This document shows positions 31,515-41,551 of a DNA stretch of 64,000 bases, in pieces. How positions within the stretch are numbered: position 1 is the first letter of the stretch; each line of letters opens with the position of its first letter. Source of the stretch: an uncultured delta proteobacterium (GTDB lineage Bacteria > Desulfobacterota > BSN033 > UBA1163). The notes under the pieces were generated by a model. That model had not been told where the DNA came from. It ran no database searches and worked only from the letters and a program-made list of their open reading frames with translations. The stretch covers positions 96,001 through 160,000 of the forward strand of contig CAWHBU010000002.1 of NCBI GenBank assembly GCA_963827685.1, read 5' to 3'. The translations under genes were made by a program, and so were the position numbers.

Positions 31515-32714
31515 TTATCCTGCCAAACGAATGGCGTCGGCCACAACAATGGCCCTTTTTGCCTGGAGTACATCGTGACTACGAATGATATGGGCCCCGT
31601 TGAGAACACCGATAGCCATACTTGAAAGCGTCCCTTCCAGTCGATCTTCGACTTCGGCATTCAGAATTTTCCCGATGAAGCTTTTCCGTGATGTCCCCAA
31701 TAGGATAGGCTTCCCAAGTATACGGAATTCATGTAGATTTTTTATAATAAGAAGATTATCTTCAACAGTTTTTCCAAAGCCAATTCCAGGGTCAATGATA
31801 ATCTGCCGAGGGTCCAATCCGGCAGATTCTGCTCTCTGAATGGAATCCTTTAAGTACTGGAGTATTTCAGAAAAAAGGGAATCGTAGTGGACATTTTTCT
31901 GCATTGTTTCAGGGGTTCCTCGGATATGCATCAGGATAAGGGGAATATTCCCCTTTGCAGCCACCTTCGCAAGGCCTAGGTCAAAATGTAATCCACTGAT
32001 ATCATTTATTATCTCAGCCCCTGCTTCAATCGCTCTTTGTGCCACCGTCGATTTATAGGTATCTATCGAGATGGGTACATCTGTTTCCTTGACAATAGAT
32101 TCGATGACAGGAATGACCCGGCGAAGTTCCTCTTCTAATTCAATAGGTTTTGAACCTGGCCTGGTTGACTCCCCTCCAATATCTATGATATCTGCCCCCT
32201 CCTCAACCATCCTCAATCCATGAGAAATAGCCTTGTCCTTATCATAAAAGAGGCCGCCGTCAGAAAAAGAATCTGGGGTGACATTGAGAATTCCCATCAG
32301 AAGAGTTCTTTTTCCCAGTGTCAATGTCCGCTTTCGGCAGTGTATGGAGTATTGGGTTTTAGAAACGTTCTTAAGCGTTTCTTTTATGGACTGACCAAGG
32401 AAGTCGAGGTCCGGATATTGTTCCAATTTGGGAATCAGTTTTTCGAAATGTTTTTGGGTCCCCATGAGGAGGGCATCCGTCTGTCTGGTACTACAATCGA
32501 GCCCCCTTCCATCCACAGCAACATCCCCGCCCAGGGAGAGCATTTCTTGTTTGAGGAGATTAGCCGTTCGAGGTTCGATTCCTTCTACCTTGAGATTGAA
32601 ATGGAGAGTTTTCGCTTCCATCAACTTGACGCCGGTGGGGTCCACTCCCATCTTCTTCATTTGATGGATGGCTTCGTTCGCACTTGTAATGTGAAGGCAT
32701 CGAATCAGATTCAT
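31515..32714 (-). CDS. folP: Dihydropteroate synthase with N-terminal extension
   Basis: MGILNVTPDSFSDGG, DIGGESTRPG, DPGIGFGK, GTSRKSFIG, RSHDV. Confidence 0.95.
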   Translation of the reverse strand: MNLIRCLHITSANEAIHQMKKMGVDPTGVKLMEAKTLHFNLKVEGIEPRTANLLKQEMLSLGGDVAVDGRGLDCSTRQTDALLMGTQKHFEKLIPKLEQYPDLDFLGQSIKETLKNVSKTQYSIHCRKRTLTLGKRTLLMGILNVTPDSFSDGGLFYDKDKAISHGLRMVEEGADIIDIGGESTRPGSKPIELEEELRRVIPVIESIVKETDVPISIDTYKSTVAQRAIEAGAEIINDISGLHFDLGLAKVAAKGNIPLILMHIRGTPETMQKNVHYDSLFSEILQYLKDSIQRAESAGLDPRQIIIDPGIGFGKTVEDNLLIIKNLHEFRILGKPILLGTSRKSFIGKILNAEVEDRLEGTLSSMAIGVLNGAHIIRSHDVLQAKRAIVVADAIRLAG

Positions 32715-32719
32715 CTCGC

Positions 32720-34510
32720 CTAAACATTCTCACCCTTTACAATGGCTTCGATCTGGTTTCCATCGAGGACCTCTTTTTCAAGAAGAGTATTTGCCAATTT
32801 ATGAAGTATGGCCATATTCGTCTGGATAATCTCTCTGGCTCTTTCATGACCCTGGGTCACAATGTCCCTGATTTCATTATCGATCAACCGAGCCGTGTCT
32901 TCACTATAATCTCGGTGCTTAGCAAACTCTCTTCCCAAGAAGATCTGTTCTTCTTTTTTACCGTAGGCCAAGGGCCCAAGATTATCGCTCATTCCCCATT
33001 CACAAACCATTTTTCTGGCAATCTCTGTAGAACGTTCGATGTCATTCCCTGCACCAGTGGTTTGACTGTTCAACACCAATTCTTCTGCTACCCTTCCTCC
33101 CATCATGACGGCAATATTGTTCAGCAAGTAGTCTTTTGGATAGGTATGCTTTTCATCTATCGGGAGCTGTTGAGTGATTCCAAGGGCGCGTCCTCTTGGG
33201 ATAATCGTTACTTTATGAATAGGGTCTGTTCCAGGAATCATTTTAGCCACCAAGGTATGGCCTGCCTCGTGAAAAGCGGTAATTCTTCGCTCTTCCAGAG
33301 GTATGATCATAGATTTTCGTTCCACACCCATGAGGACTTTATCTTTGGCCTGGTCCAAGTCAGCCATCTCGACCCGTTCTTTTCCCAATCGAGCGGCCAG
33401 CAAAGCGGCTTCGTTCACAAGGTTCTCCAGATCCGCTCCAGTAAATCCAGGAGTTCCTCTGGCCAGGAGTGCAAGATTGACGTCCTCCGCTAACGGTGTC
33501 TTGTTGGAGTGGACCTTCAGAATCTCCTCTCTTCCCTTTACATCGGGGACAGGCACAACCACTTGACGGTCAAAACGACCTGGCCTGAGAAGGGCTGGGT
33601 CTAAAACATCCGGGCGGTTGGTGGCCGCAATCAAGATGACCCCTTCGTTCGATTCAAAACCATCCATTTCAACAAGCAATTGATTTAGAGTCTGCTCTCG
33701 CTCATCATGTCCCCCACCCAAGCCTGCTCCTCGGTGTCTTCCAACGGCATCGATTTCGTCGATGAAGATGATACAAGGAGCATTGCGTTTTCCTTGAAGG
33801 AAGAGATCACGTACTCGGGAAGCCCCAACTCCCACAAACATCTCAACGAAGTCAGAACCACTGATGCTGAAGAAGGGAACGTCCGCTTCACCTGCAATCG
33901 CCCGAGCCAGAAGTGTTTTACCCGTTCCAGGGGCACCGATGAGAAGAACTCCTTTGGGGATCCTTCCCCCAAGCTTTGTAAATCTTTTGGGGTCCCTGAG
34001 AAAATCAATGATTTCCTCCAGTTCATTTTTTGCTTCTTCAATTCCTGCGACGCTCTCGAAGGTGATCTGATGGAGTTCCTTAGTCAGAATCTTGGCTTTG
34101 CTCTTTCCGAACGAGAGAGCCTTTCCACCACCGACCTGCATTTGCCTCATGAAAAAAAGCCAAACACCAATCAGGAGGAGAATTGGAGCCAAAGTGATGA
34201 TGATTTGCAGAAGCGAAGTGTCGCTTTCTTTCTTTGCATTGATGATCACTCCCTTTTCCCTGAGAATTTTAATCATTTCAGGGTCTTCAGGGGCGTAGGT
34301 CTTAAAACGTTTGCCATCTTTATCTTTCCAGACCAAGTTTCTGCCCAGGGCCTCTACCTCCTGAACCCGGTTGTTCTCCACAGCAGAGATGAATTCTGAA
34401 TAATTTTTTTCTGAGGCTGTTTGCCGGGGTTTACTGAAAAGGTTGAAAAGGAGGACCATTACAATGATAATAATTGTCCAGAAAAGAAGATTTTTATAAA
34501 GAGAACTCAA
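32720..34510 (-). CDS. ftsH: ATP-dependent zinc metalloprotease FtsH
   Basis: Two TM helices, [31 protein letters not shown]; probable TTG start at 34510 after GGAGG. Confidence 0.97.
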   Translation of the reverse strand: MSSLYKNLLFWTIIIIVMVLLFNLFSKPRQTASEKNYSEFISAVENNRVQEVEALGRNLVWKDKDGKRFKTYAPEDPEMIKILREKGVIINAKKESDTSLLQIIITLAPILLLIGVWLFFMRQMQVGGGKALSFGKSKAKILTKELHQITFESVAGIEEAKNELEEIIDFLRDPKRFTKLGGRIPKGVLLIGAPGTGKTLLARAIAGEADVPFFSISGSDFVEMFVGVGASRVRDLFLQGKRNAPCIIFIDEIDAVGRHRGAGLGGGHDEREQTLNQLLVEMDGFESNEGVILIAATNRPDVLDPALLRPGRFDRQVVVPVPDVKGREEILKVHSNKTPLAEDVNLALLARGTPGFTGADLENLVNEAALLAARLGKERVEMADLDQAKDKVLMGVERKSMIIPLEERRITAFHEAGHTLVAKMIPGTDPIHKVTIIPRGRALGITQQLPIDEKHTYPKDYLLNNIAVMMGGRVAEELVLNSQTTGAGNDIERSTEIARKMVCEWGMSDNLGPLAYGKKEEQIFLGREFAKHRDYSEDTARLIDNEIRDIVTQGHERAREIIQTNMAILHKLANTLLEKEVLDGNQIEAIVKGENV

Positions 34511-34732
34511 AAATTTTCCTCCGACACTGCTAAATTTCAAATCAGATTAACATAATGTTTCTTTTATTTCAATATCATGCATTTATGTGGCAGATAGTGA
34601 GGCAGAATAGATAGGCCATTCTATAATATTCTAACCTATTGAAATAATTTAAGAAATATTTTATGGAAAGAGGGAATCCCTTTTTTCTTGGAAAAAAGGT
34701 AGAAAGACTGCAGGGTTATGAGTAACTAGCTA

Positions 34733-35837
34733 TTGAGTTTCGCATAAATAATGGAACGCTACTCTCTAGTCCATGGGAGATCAGAAGCATAGATGCATGA
34801 CCGGAGGAGTTTCTGTGATTGCCTGAGTCTTCGTCTCGAGTTTCGAAGCATTTTCTTAAGATCATTTAGACTTTCCGGTACACTGTTGGACAAGGCACGG
34901 TCAGTCTGGTTCCAAACATACTCAGCCGGATTAAGCTCGGGAGCATAGGCCGGAAAGTATTCCATATGAATTCTAGGGTGCCGAAGAAGAAACTGTTTAA
35001 CTTCCTTTCGCCGGTGGATGGTGGCTCGATCCCACAACAGGAACATGGGTCCCCTGATATGTTGGAGCAGTTCTTTAAGAAAAGACCGAACATCCAGACC
35101 GGTGAGGTTCCATGCCCGAAATCGGAGATAAAGGGCCAACCGCTTTCGTTTCGGGGAGACCGACAAAGCACTGATAGAGGAAATCCTATCCTGTTTGTAC
35201 AGGTGGTAGAAGACAGGGGTTTTCCCTTTTGGAGCCCAGGTGCGGCGAATGTTTGGAATGAGTAAGAAGCCAGACTCATCAAGAAAGACCAGCTGGGCCC
35301 CAAGTCTTTTGGCGTTTTTTTATATGCGGCCACCGGTGAACCTTCCAATGTACGATCTCTTTGTCGTCCCTTTGTAACGCCCGACGCTCTGGTTTCTGAC
35401 AACTCCATCCCATGCCCTGAAGCAACCGCCACACATGATTGGGGTGATACCGGATACGAAAGTGTTTCAGAATGGTTTGAGCGATCCGCTTCAATGTCCA
35501 CAGATCGGTCCGATATCCTGCGGCCAGAGGACCCGCCAAAAGCAGTTCCGCTAACTTCTCTTTCTCGATTCGAGACAGCTTCGGAGGACGTCCTGGAATG
35601 GCCTTCGAGCGAAGGGCCTCCGATCCGCCTTCTTGGTACTGTTGAAACCATCGGAAGACTGAGCTTTTTGATGCCCCCACCGAACGCGCTATGGCCGAAA
35701 GACTGGCCTTGCCTTCTTTCAACAACGAAATGGCGCCTCGACGGCGCTTCTCCAGTTCCTCTTGGGATCCATGGGGTCTCATGCCCCATATTATAGCAGA
35801 AAAAGTTAAAACGTTCCATTATTTATGCGAAATTCAA
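34733..35837 (-). mobile_element. IS630-family insertion sequence, copy 2 (1105 bp)
   Basis: Same TIRs and TA flanks as 19590-20694; same translated HTH and DDE ORFs. Confidence 0.95.
34759..35782 (-). CDS. IS630 transposase split into two ORFs (copy 2)
   Basis: ORFs 35279-35782 and 34759-35166 translate identically to copy 1. Confidence 0.9.
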
Positions 35838-35843
35838 TAATAT

Positions 35844-36008
35844 TAAATGCCAAAGCTCAGATTTTGAAACAAAAGCTGAGGCTGACGTTAGAGTTAATAA
35901 GATTAAATTCCAAACTCTAGCCTGAGTCTTGGCATTCATTTGACATTTGCCTGGCTGCCCTGCCTACCGCAGGACAGGCGCAGGCAGGAATTTTGGCATT
36001 TGAAATTT
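35844..36008. repeat. Heptamer-periodic inverted repeat carrying a self-nested CCTGCC...GGCAGG insert (35950-35988)
   Basis: Left AAATGCC AAAGCTC AGATTTT; the right arm minus the insert reads TTTGACA TTTGAAT TTTGGCA TTTGAAA. Confidence 0.7.
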
Positions 36009-36020
36009 AAGGAATAGATT

Positions 36021-36245
36021 ATGTCGACTGAACTATTAAAGCAATGTCCTCTTTTTGCTGGGTTGAAAGAAGAAGACCTGAAAGAGATTAGGGGCATTGC
36101 TTTACTCAAGCAGGTTGGGAAAAAGAAAGTTCTCTTTTCCGATGTGGAAGAGGCAAAGGGATTCTATGTCATCCTTTCGGATAAGGTAAAGCTCTATAAG
36201 ATTTCACCGGAGGGCAAGGAACAGATTCTTCCTGTGGTCTCGCCA
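36021..36245 (+). pseudogene. Truncated Crp/Fnr-family regulator (partial cNMP-binding domain, no HTH)
   Basis: LLKQCPLFAGL...GFYVILSDKVKLYKISPEGKEQIL; similarity ends after ~75 aa and the ORF runs into the convergent nadE. Confidence 0.7.
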
Positions 36246-36350
36246 CCGGCTGCCTTGGTGTCAGCGATGTCAGGCATCGGTAATAAGGTACCAACACAAA
36301 AGGATTTCTGTAAAAACCAAACCCTCTCGACCTTTTGTTACTGCAGGGAT

Positions 36351-38087
36351 TCAGAAGTTCCGATATTTGTTGGTGACCGGCAGTCTCCGATCTTTACCTA
36401 AGGCGCGGTGGGTGATTTTAACACCTGGTGGGCTTTGTCTTCGTTTATATTCGTTCCGGTCAACCATATTTATCACGTCTCTAATCAAACTCTCTTTAAA
36501 TCCCATCTTTGCAATATCTTCAAGCCCCTTGTCCTCCTCGACATAGGCTTGGAGAATTGGATCAAGGACAGGGTAGGGGGGAAGGGAGTCTTCATCTCTT
36601 TGATTCGGCCTCAATTCCGCTGAGGGGGGTTTCACGAAAACATTTTTGGGGATAATCGCCTTTTCTTCCTTTCTATTTCTGAACTTTGTTAATTCGTAAA
36701 CCAAAGTCTTGGGGACATCTTTCAGGACGGCATATCCTCCTGCCATGTCTCCGTAAAGTGTACAATATCCCACGCTCATCTCACTCTTGTTTCCAGTGGT
36801 CAGAACGAGCCACCCAAATTTATTGGAGAGGGCCATGAGGATGTTACCTCGAATGCGGGCTTGAATATTTTCTTCTGTCACATCAGGCTTCAAACCTTTA
36901 AAAGACGGGGAGAGGGTCTTTAAATAGGCCTGAAATATCTCCGTGATCGGAATCTTGATGAGACGGATGCCAAGGTTTTTTGCCAGAAGTTCGGAGTCCT
37001 CTATGGATCCTCTGGAAGAATACCGAGAGGGCATGGTTACCCCAACCACTCCTTTCTTCCCCAACGCATCCACAGCGATGGCTGCGGTCAAAGCCGAATC
37101 AATCCCTCCGCTCAGACCGATTAGAACCCTTTGGAATCCATTTTTCCGAATATAGTCTCCTGTTCCAAGAACCAAAGCAGTATAGATCTCAGCGAGACGA
37201 TCTAATGGTTTCGAATCCCTTTTGGGAATAGCAGGTCTTTTCCTATTTGAACGAATTTGATTTGGAAGCTCAATCTTCCTCAAACCTTTCTCCTCTTCCG
37301 ACAATCTCTCTCTCCGGATTCGGGGATCGTGAAGCCGCATTCGAAAAACCGCTTCCATATCGAGGTCTGCCAGAACCAAGTCCTCCTCAAATTGTTTCCC
37401 TCGAATGATCACCTCCCCTCTTTGATCGATGATCAGACTTCCGCCGTCGAAAACCAATTCGTCCTGGCCGCCTACCAGGTTGCAATACGCGACGGTTGCT
37501 AAATTGTCGGAGGCCCTGGTCGAGATCATCTTCTCTCGGAATACGGATTTTCCTGCATGGTAGGGTGAGGAAGAGATGTTGATGATCAGTTCCGCTCCTC
37601 CATATAAGGTTTGAGTACGGATGGGATCTCCAGGATACCAGAGGTCTTCACAGATACTCAGACCAATGGGAGTAGATTTGAGGGTAAAAATAAAATTTTC
37701 CTTTCCTGTTTGAAAATATCGGTCCTCGTCGAAGACCCCGTAATTCGGGAGATAGACTTTAGAGTAGACATCGATCAACTTCCCATCGTGAAGGAGAGCT
37801 GCAGAATTGAAGATATCCCCATCCCGATTCACAAAACCGACAACGGCGGTAATGGATGAGGCAGCTTTGGCGATTCTTTTAACAGCTTTCAAATTGGCAT
37901 CAATGAACTTCGGCATGAGCAAAAGGTCTTCGGGGGGATAGCCGGTGATCGCCATCTCAGGGAAAACCAGAAGATCTGCATCCATCTTCTTCCCTTTTGC
38001 TATGTAATCAAGGATCTTCTTTGCATTTCCTTCGATGTCACCTACCATCGTGTTGATCTGGCAGAGCCCAATTCTGAGTGTCCGCAT
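36351..38087 (-). CDS. nadE: Glutamine-dependent NAD+ synthetase
   Basis: Nitrilase domain (FPEMAITGYPPEDL, LPNYGVFDE, ICEDLW) plus synthetase domain (GLSGGIDS, ENIQARIRG, TTGNKSE, PSAEL). Confidence 0.96.
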   Translation of the reverse strand: MRTLRIGLCQINTMVGDIEGNAKKILDYIAKGKKMDADLLVFPEMAITGYPPEDLLLMPKFIDANLKAVKRIAKAASSITAVVGFVNRDGDIFNSAALLHDGKLIDVYSKVYLPNYGVFDEDRYFQTGKENFIFTLKSTPIGLSICEDLWYPGDPIRTQTLYGGAELIINISSSPYHAGKSVFREKMISTRASDNLATVAYCNLVGGQDELVFDGGSLIIDQRGEVIIRGKQFEEDLVLADLDMEAVFRMRLHDPRIRRERLSEEEKGLRKIELPNQIRSNRKRPAIPKRDSKPLDRLAEIYTALVLGTGDYIRKNGFQRVLIGLSGGIDSALTAAIAVDALGKKGVVGVTMPSRYSSRGSIEDSELLAKNLGIRLIKIPITEIFQAYLKTLSPSFKGLKPDVTEENIQARIRGNILMALSNKFGWLVLTTGNKSEMSVGYCTLYGDMAGGYAVLKDVPKTLVYELTKFRNRKEEKAIIPKNVFVKPPSAELRPNQRDEDSLPPYPVLDPILQAYVEEDKGLEDIAKMGFKESLIRDVINMVDRNEYKRRQSPPGVKITHRALGKDRRLPVTNKYRNF

Positions 38088-38108
38088 CGTTCACCCCCCA
38101 ACTGAATA

Positions 38109-38220
38109 AGTTCGGCGTGTTTAGTTCGGAGTTCGGAGTCAAAAAGGAAGACGCCACCCAAGAATTAGAAGTCATGATTTTATGTGTTTGCTCCGAACCC
38201 TGAACTCCGAACTCATAACT
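38109..38220. repeat. Heptamer-periodic inverted repeat (AGTTCGG / CCGAACT arms)
   Basis: AGTTCGG CGTGTTT AGTTCGG AGTTCGG ... CTCCGAA CCCTGAA CTCCGAA CTCATAA; same arms as 29142-29250 with a different spacer. Confidence 0.85.
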
Positions 38221-38221
38221 T

Positions 38222-39661
38222 TTAACTCTCTTCTTCCGAGATCAGCACATCTTTTTTGATGTGATACCTCTCCATCTTGCTGCGCAGCGTACTCCGGTTG
38301 ATTCCAAGAAGCAGGGCGGCCTGGACCTGATTCCCCTTGGTTCTTTGAAGGGCGCGGAGGATCAAACCTCTTTCCAAGCTGGAAATCATGTCCATATCCT
38401 GTGAGGTCGTCGGGGCATTTGAGAACTCTTCGAAGAGGGCGTCGAGGAGATCCTCAACATTTTTTTTCTTCAATTCCTCCTCAGCTTCTCGCTTCTCCAA
38501 GCCTTTTTCAAAAAGGAGTTGGTCTTCAAGAATCCATTCTCCTTGGCAGAGCACCATCGCCCTTTTCAGGACATTCTCCAATTGTCGAACGTTCCCAGGC
38601 CATCCATAGGAAGTAATTTTTTCCATGGCCGAAGGAGTTATTCCAACAATCCCCCTCTTCAATTCCGTGTTAAACTTTTTTAGGAAGTAGGAAACCAGTT
38701 CAGGGATATCCTCTTTCCTCTCCCTGAGGGGTGGAATTGTAATAGAGACCACATTGAGTCGGTAATAGAGGTCTTCCCTAAACTTTCCATTTGAAATGGC
38801 TTCCTCTAATTCTTTATTCGTTGCGACGATGAGCCGGATGTCCACCTTGATCGTCTCCATTCCACCCAGCCTTTCAAAGCTTTTCTCTTGGAGGACTCTC
38901 AATAATTTGGCTTGAGTGGAGAGGGACATATCACCGATCTCATCCAGAAAGATCGTCCCACCTTGACACTGTTCCAGTTTTCCAATGCGGCGAGAAGCAG
39001 CTCCGGTAAAAGATCCTTTCTCATGACCGAAGAGTTCGCTCTCAAGAAGGGTATCGGGAATGGCCGCACAATTGACCGGAAGAAAAGGTTGACTCGAACG
39101 GAGGCTATGATGATAGATCGCCCGGGCAACCAGTTCTTTGCCTGTCCCACTTTCACCTCTGAGGAGCACCGTAATATCGCTCGGGGCGACCTGGCCAATC
39201 ATTTTATAGATCTCCTGCATCTTGAGAGAAGATCCGACGATCCGTTCCTCCTCTCCCTCTGTATCAGCCAGAGGAGCATAGACGACTTCCTCTTTCATCA
39301 GTTTTCGCAATGTGAGGGCCTTTTCAACCAGCGCTTTCATCTGCGGAATAGGAAAAGGTTTTAGGATATAGTCGAAAGCCCCGTACTTCATGGCTTCGAT
39401 AGCGGTCTCGGTGGTCCCATAGGCCGTCATGATGATGACCAGAGATTTAGGATCGATCGATTTAATCTCCTTCAGTACATCAATTCCGTTTCGACCCGGC
39501 ATCTTAATATCCATGATGATGAGGTCAGGAGAGCTTTCTTTCACCCGATCCAATGCTTCTTCCCCATTCTGGGCGGTGAGGATGGAATATTTTCCCTCCA
39601 TCATCCGTTTCAGAGAGTATCGGATCGATTTGTCATCATCGACGATCAGGATGGTTTGCAT
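38222..39661 (-). CDS. Sigma-54-dependent response regulator (NtrC family)
   Basis: REC (LIVDDD...MDIKMP), GESGTGKE, ESELFGHEKGSFTGA, FLDEIGD, WPGNVRQL, Fis-type HTH; start MQTILIV. Confidence 0.93.
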   Translation of the reverse strand: MQTILIVDDDKSIRYSLKRMMEGKYSILTAQNGEEALDRVKESSPDLIIMDIKMPGRNGIDVLKEIKSIDPKSLVIIMTAYGTTETAIEAMKYGAFDYILKPFPIPQMKALVEKALTLRKLMKEEVVYAPLADTEGEEERIVGSSLKMQEIYKMIGQVAPSDITVLLRGESGTGKELVARAIYHHSLRSSQPFLPVNCAAIPDTLLESELFGHEKGSFTGAASRRIGKLEQCQGGTIFLDEIGDMSLSTQAKLLRVLQEKSFERLGGMETIKVDIRLIVATNKELEEAISNGKFREDLYYRLNVVSITIPPLRERKEDIPELVSYFLKKFNTELKRGIVGITPSAMEKITSYGWPGNVRQLENVLKRAMVLCQGEWILEDQLLFEKGLEKREAEEELKKKNVEDLLDALFEEFSNAPTTSQDMDMISSLERGLILRALQRTKGNQVQAALLLGINRSTLRSKMERYHIKKDVLISEEES

Positions 39662-39671
39662 CTTCTTCCTC

Positions 39672-41390
39672 TCATGAAATAGGGAGCCAAACCGTAAAGA
39701 GAGTTCCCTTCCCTGAGGCGCTTTCCACCTCAATTTTTCCATGGTGTTGATCAATGATTCGATGGGCGATGGAGAGGCCGAGGCCAATCCCGCCTTCCTT
39801 TGTAGAGAAGAAGGGGTCGAAGAGTTTATTCATATCTTCACTGGGAATACCGATTCCAGAGTCCTGAATGGAAAGTATTATCCAACGACTATTCTCTGAA
39901 ACCTGTCCCCTCAATGTCAAGTTGCCACCCTTTGGCATCGCTTGAACAGCATTTAATAAGAGGTTGAGAATGACCTGTTTCATCTGTTCACGGTCCACCA
40001 GAATAGGGGGCAAGATTTGGAATTCTTTTCGAACGTTGATTTGATGTTTCTCCATTTGAGGTCGAAGCAATTGAAGGGTCTCTTCAAAAAAGGAGAGGAC
40101 ATCCGCTTTTTCTAAAAGGGGAGGTGCCGGTTTGGCGAATCGAAGGAATTGGTCCACGATCTCATTGATCCGACGGATTTCCTCCTCGATGACTTTGAGA
40201 TCCTCACGATGGGCGCTTTCCGAAGGAAAATTCTCTGTCAAGGAATGAATGAGGATATTGATACTGGTGAGGGGATTTCGAATTTCATGAGCGATGCCTG
40301 CGGCCAATTGCCCTAAGGCAGCTAATTTCTCAGACCGAATCAATTGAGCCTCCGTCTTTCTGAGATCGGCGGTGGTCTTTTGAATCTTTTCTTCCATCTG
40401 CTGGCTGAAGGTCTTAAGTTCCTGATACATGAAGGCGTTGTAGATGGCCAAACCTGCTTGCTGCGCAAAAGCCATCACCGATTCGAGAGTCTCTTTGGTA
40501 ATGCTTTTATTGGGCTCGAGAAAGTCTGCGGCAATGGCTCCCAAAGCCTTTTCCTTCGCCAACAGGGGGACCACTAACAGAGAGTGAAGATTAAATTTTT
40601 CTCTTAAGAAGGGGTTGATCCTTGGATCTTGTCTTGCATCTGGGATGATGAAAGGTTTTCGCTCAAAAACCGATCTGGCCACAACACTGTCCTCTGGGTC
40701 TAAACGCAGCGCAATCCCTTTAATCTTGTCCTCGTCAATCCCTACAGCCATTTTGCATTCAAGAAAATTCCTCTTTTCGTTAATCAGATAGAGACGGGCG
40801 CGGTCAAACCCAATATTTTTTGTCACTCCTCCTAAAACCAGTCTGAGAATCTCTTCAACATCGAGGGTCCCCATCAAACCAGAATTATCAATACAGATAG
40901 CCGCCTGATTGGCAACCGTCGTGAGAATTTCCTCTTCGCTCTTCGAGAAGGAGTGGGGATAGGAGGTATAGCAATTGATCACGCCAATCACTCTGTCCTT
41001 AATGCACATGGGGACACTGAGCATGGAGACCAAGCCCTCCTTCTTGGCCAACTCTTTTTCTTTATAAAGAGGTTCTTTCAGAACATGAAGAATGGCCATG
41101 GGTTGATTTCGAAGGGCTACTTGGCCGACCACTCCTTCTCCTATAGCGAGACTTCGCTCCTTCAAATATTCTTCGCTGATGCTCTGGGTGGCCTTCAGCT
41201 TCAGCTTTTGATCTCTGTCATCGAAAATCCAAAGGGAACAGATCTTCGAGGCCATCAAATTGGCAGTGACCGTGACGATCAGTCGCAGGACATCTTCAAG
41301 GTAGAGACCGGAGGCAATGGCTTTGCTGATCTCCAGCAGGGCATTGATTTCTTTGGCATCGAGATTTCTTTTTCCTTTGGATAACTCCAT
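39672..41390 (-). CDS. GAF-GAF sensor histidine kinase (NtrB-like core)
   Basis: Two GAF regions, AHEIRNPL, NAVQA, DSGIGI, FDPFFSTK, GLGL; start after GGAGAGG. Confidence 0.92.
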   Translation of the reverse strand: MELSKGKRNLDAKEINALLEISKAIASGLYLEDVLRLIVTVTANLMASKICSLWIFDDRDQKLKLKATQSISEEYLKERSLAIGEGVVGQVALRNQPMAILHVLKEPLYKEKELAKKEGLVSMLSVPMCIKDRVIGVINCYTSYPHSFSKSEEEILTTVANQAAICIDNSGLMGTLDVEEILRLVLGGVTKNIGFDRARLYLINEKRNFLECKMAVGIDEDKIKGIALRLDPEDSVVARSVFERKPFIIPDARQDPRINPFLREKFNLHSLLVVPLLAKEKALGAIAADFLEPNKSITKETLESVMAFAQQAGLAIYNAFMYQELKTFSQQMEEKIQKTTADLRKTEAQLIRSEKLAALGQLAAGIAHEIRNPLTSINILIHSLTENFPSESAHREDLKVIEEEIRRINEIVDQFLRFAKPAPPLLEKADVLSFFEETLQLLRPQMEKHQINVRKEFQILPPILVDREQMKQVILNLLLNAVQAMPKGGNLTLRGQVSENSRWIILSIQDSGIGIPSEDMNKLFDPFFSTKEGGIGLGLSIAHRIIDQHHGKIEVESASGKGTLFTVWLPIS

Positions 41391-41498
41391 CTTCCTCTCC
41401 ATCATCCGCTCCCTTGAGGAACAGATAGGTGTGGGAATTTTATCTATCATAAACGAAAACCTATCTTTTGGAAAGTAAATTACCAAATCTTGGGGAAT

Positions 41499-41536
41499 AA
41501 AAAAGGGGATACCGGGTATCCCCGATATCCCCTTTT
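41499..41536 (-). terminator. Intrinsic terminator after the glutamate-synthase-family gene
   Basis: Minus strand GGGGATATCGGG-gata-CCCGGTATCCCC-TTTTTT. Confidence 0.8.
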
Positions 41537-41551
41537 GATCAACCATTCTGC

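Noticed and set aside
32801-34399. Two 230-aa plus-strand ORFs
   Set aside because: Antisense shadows of ftsH.
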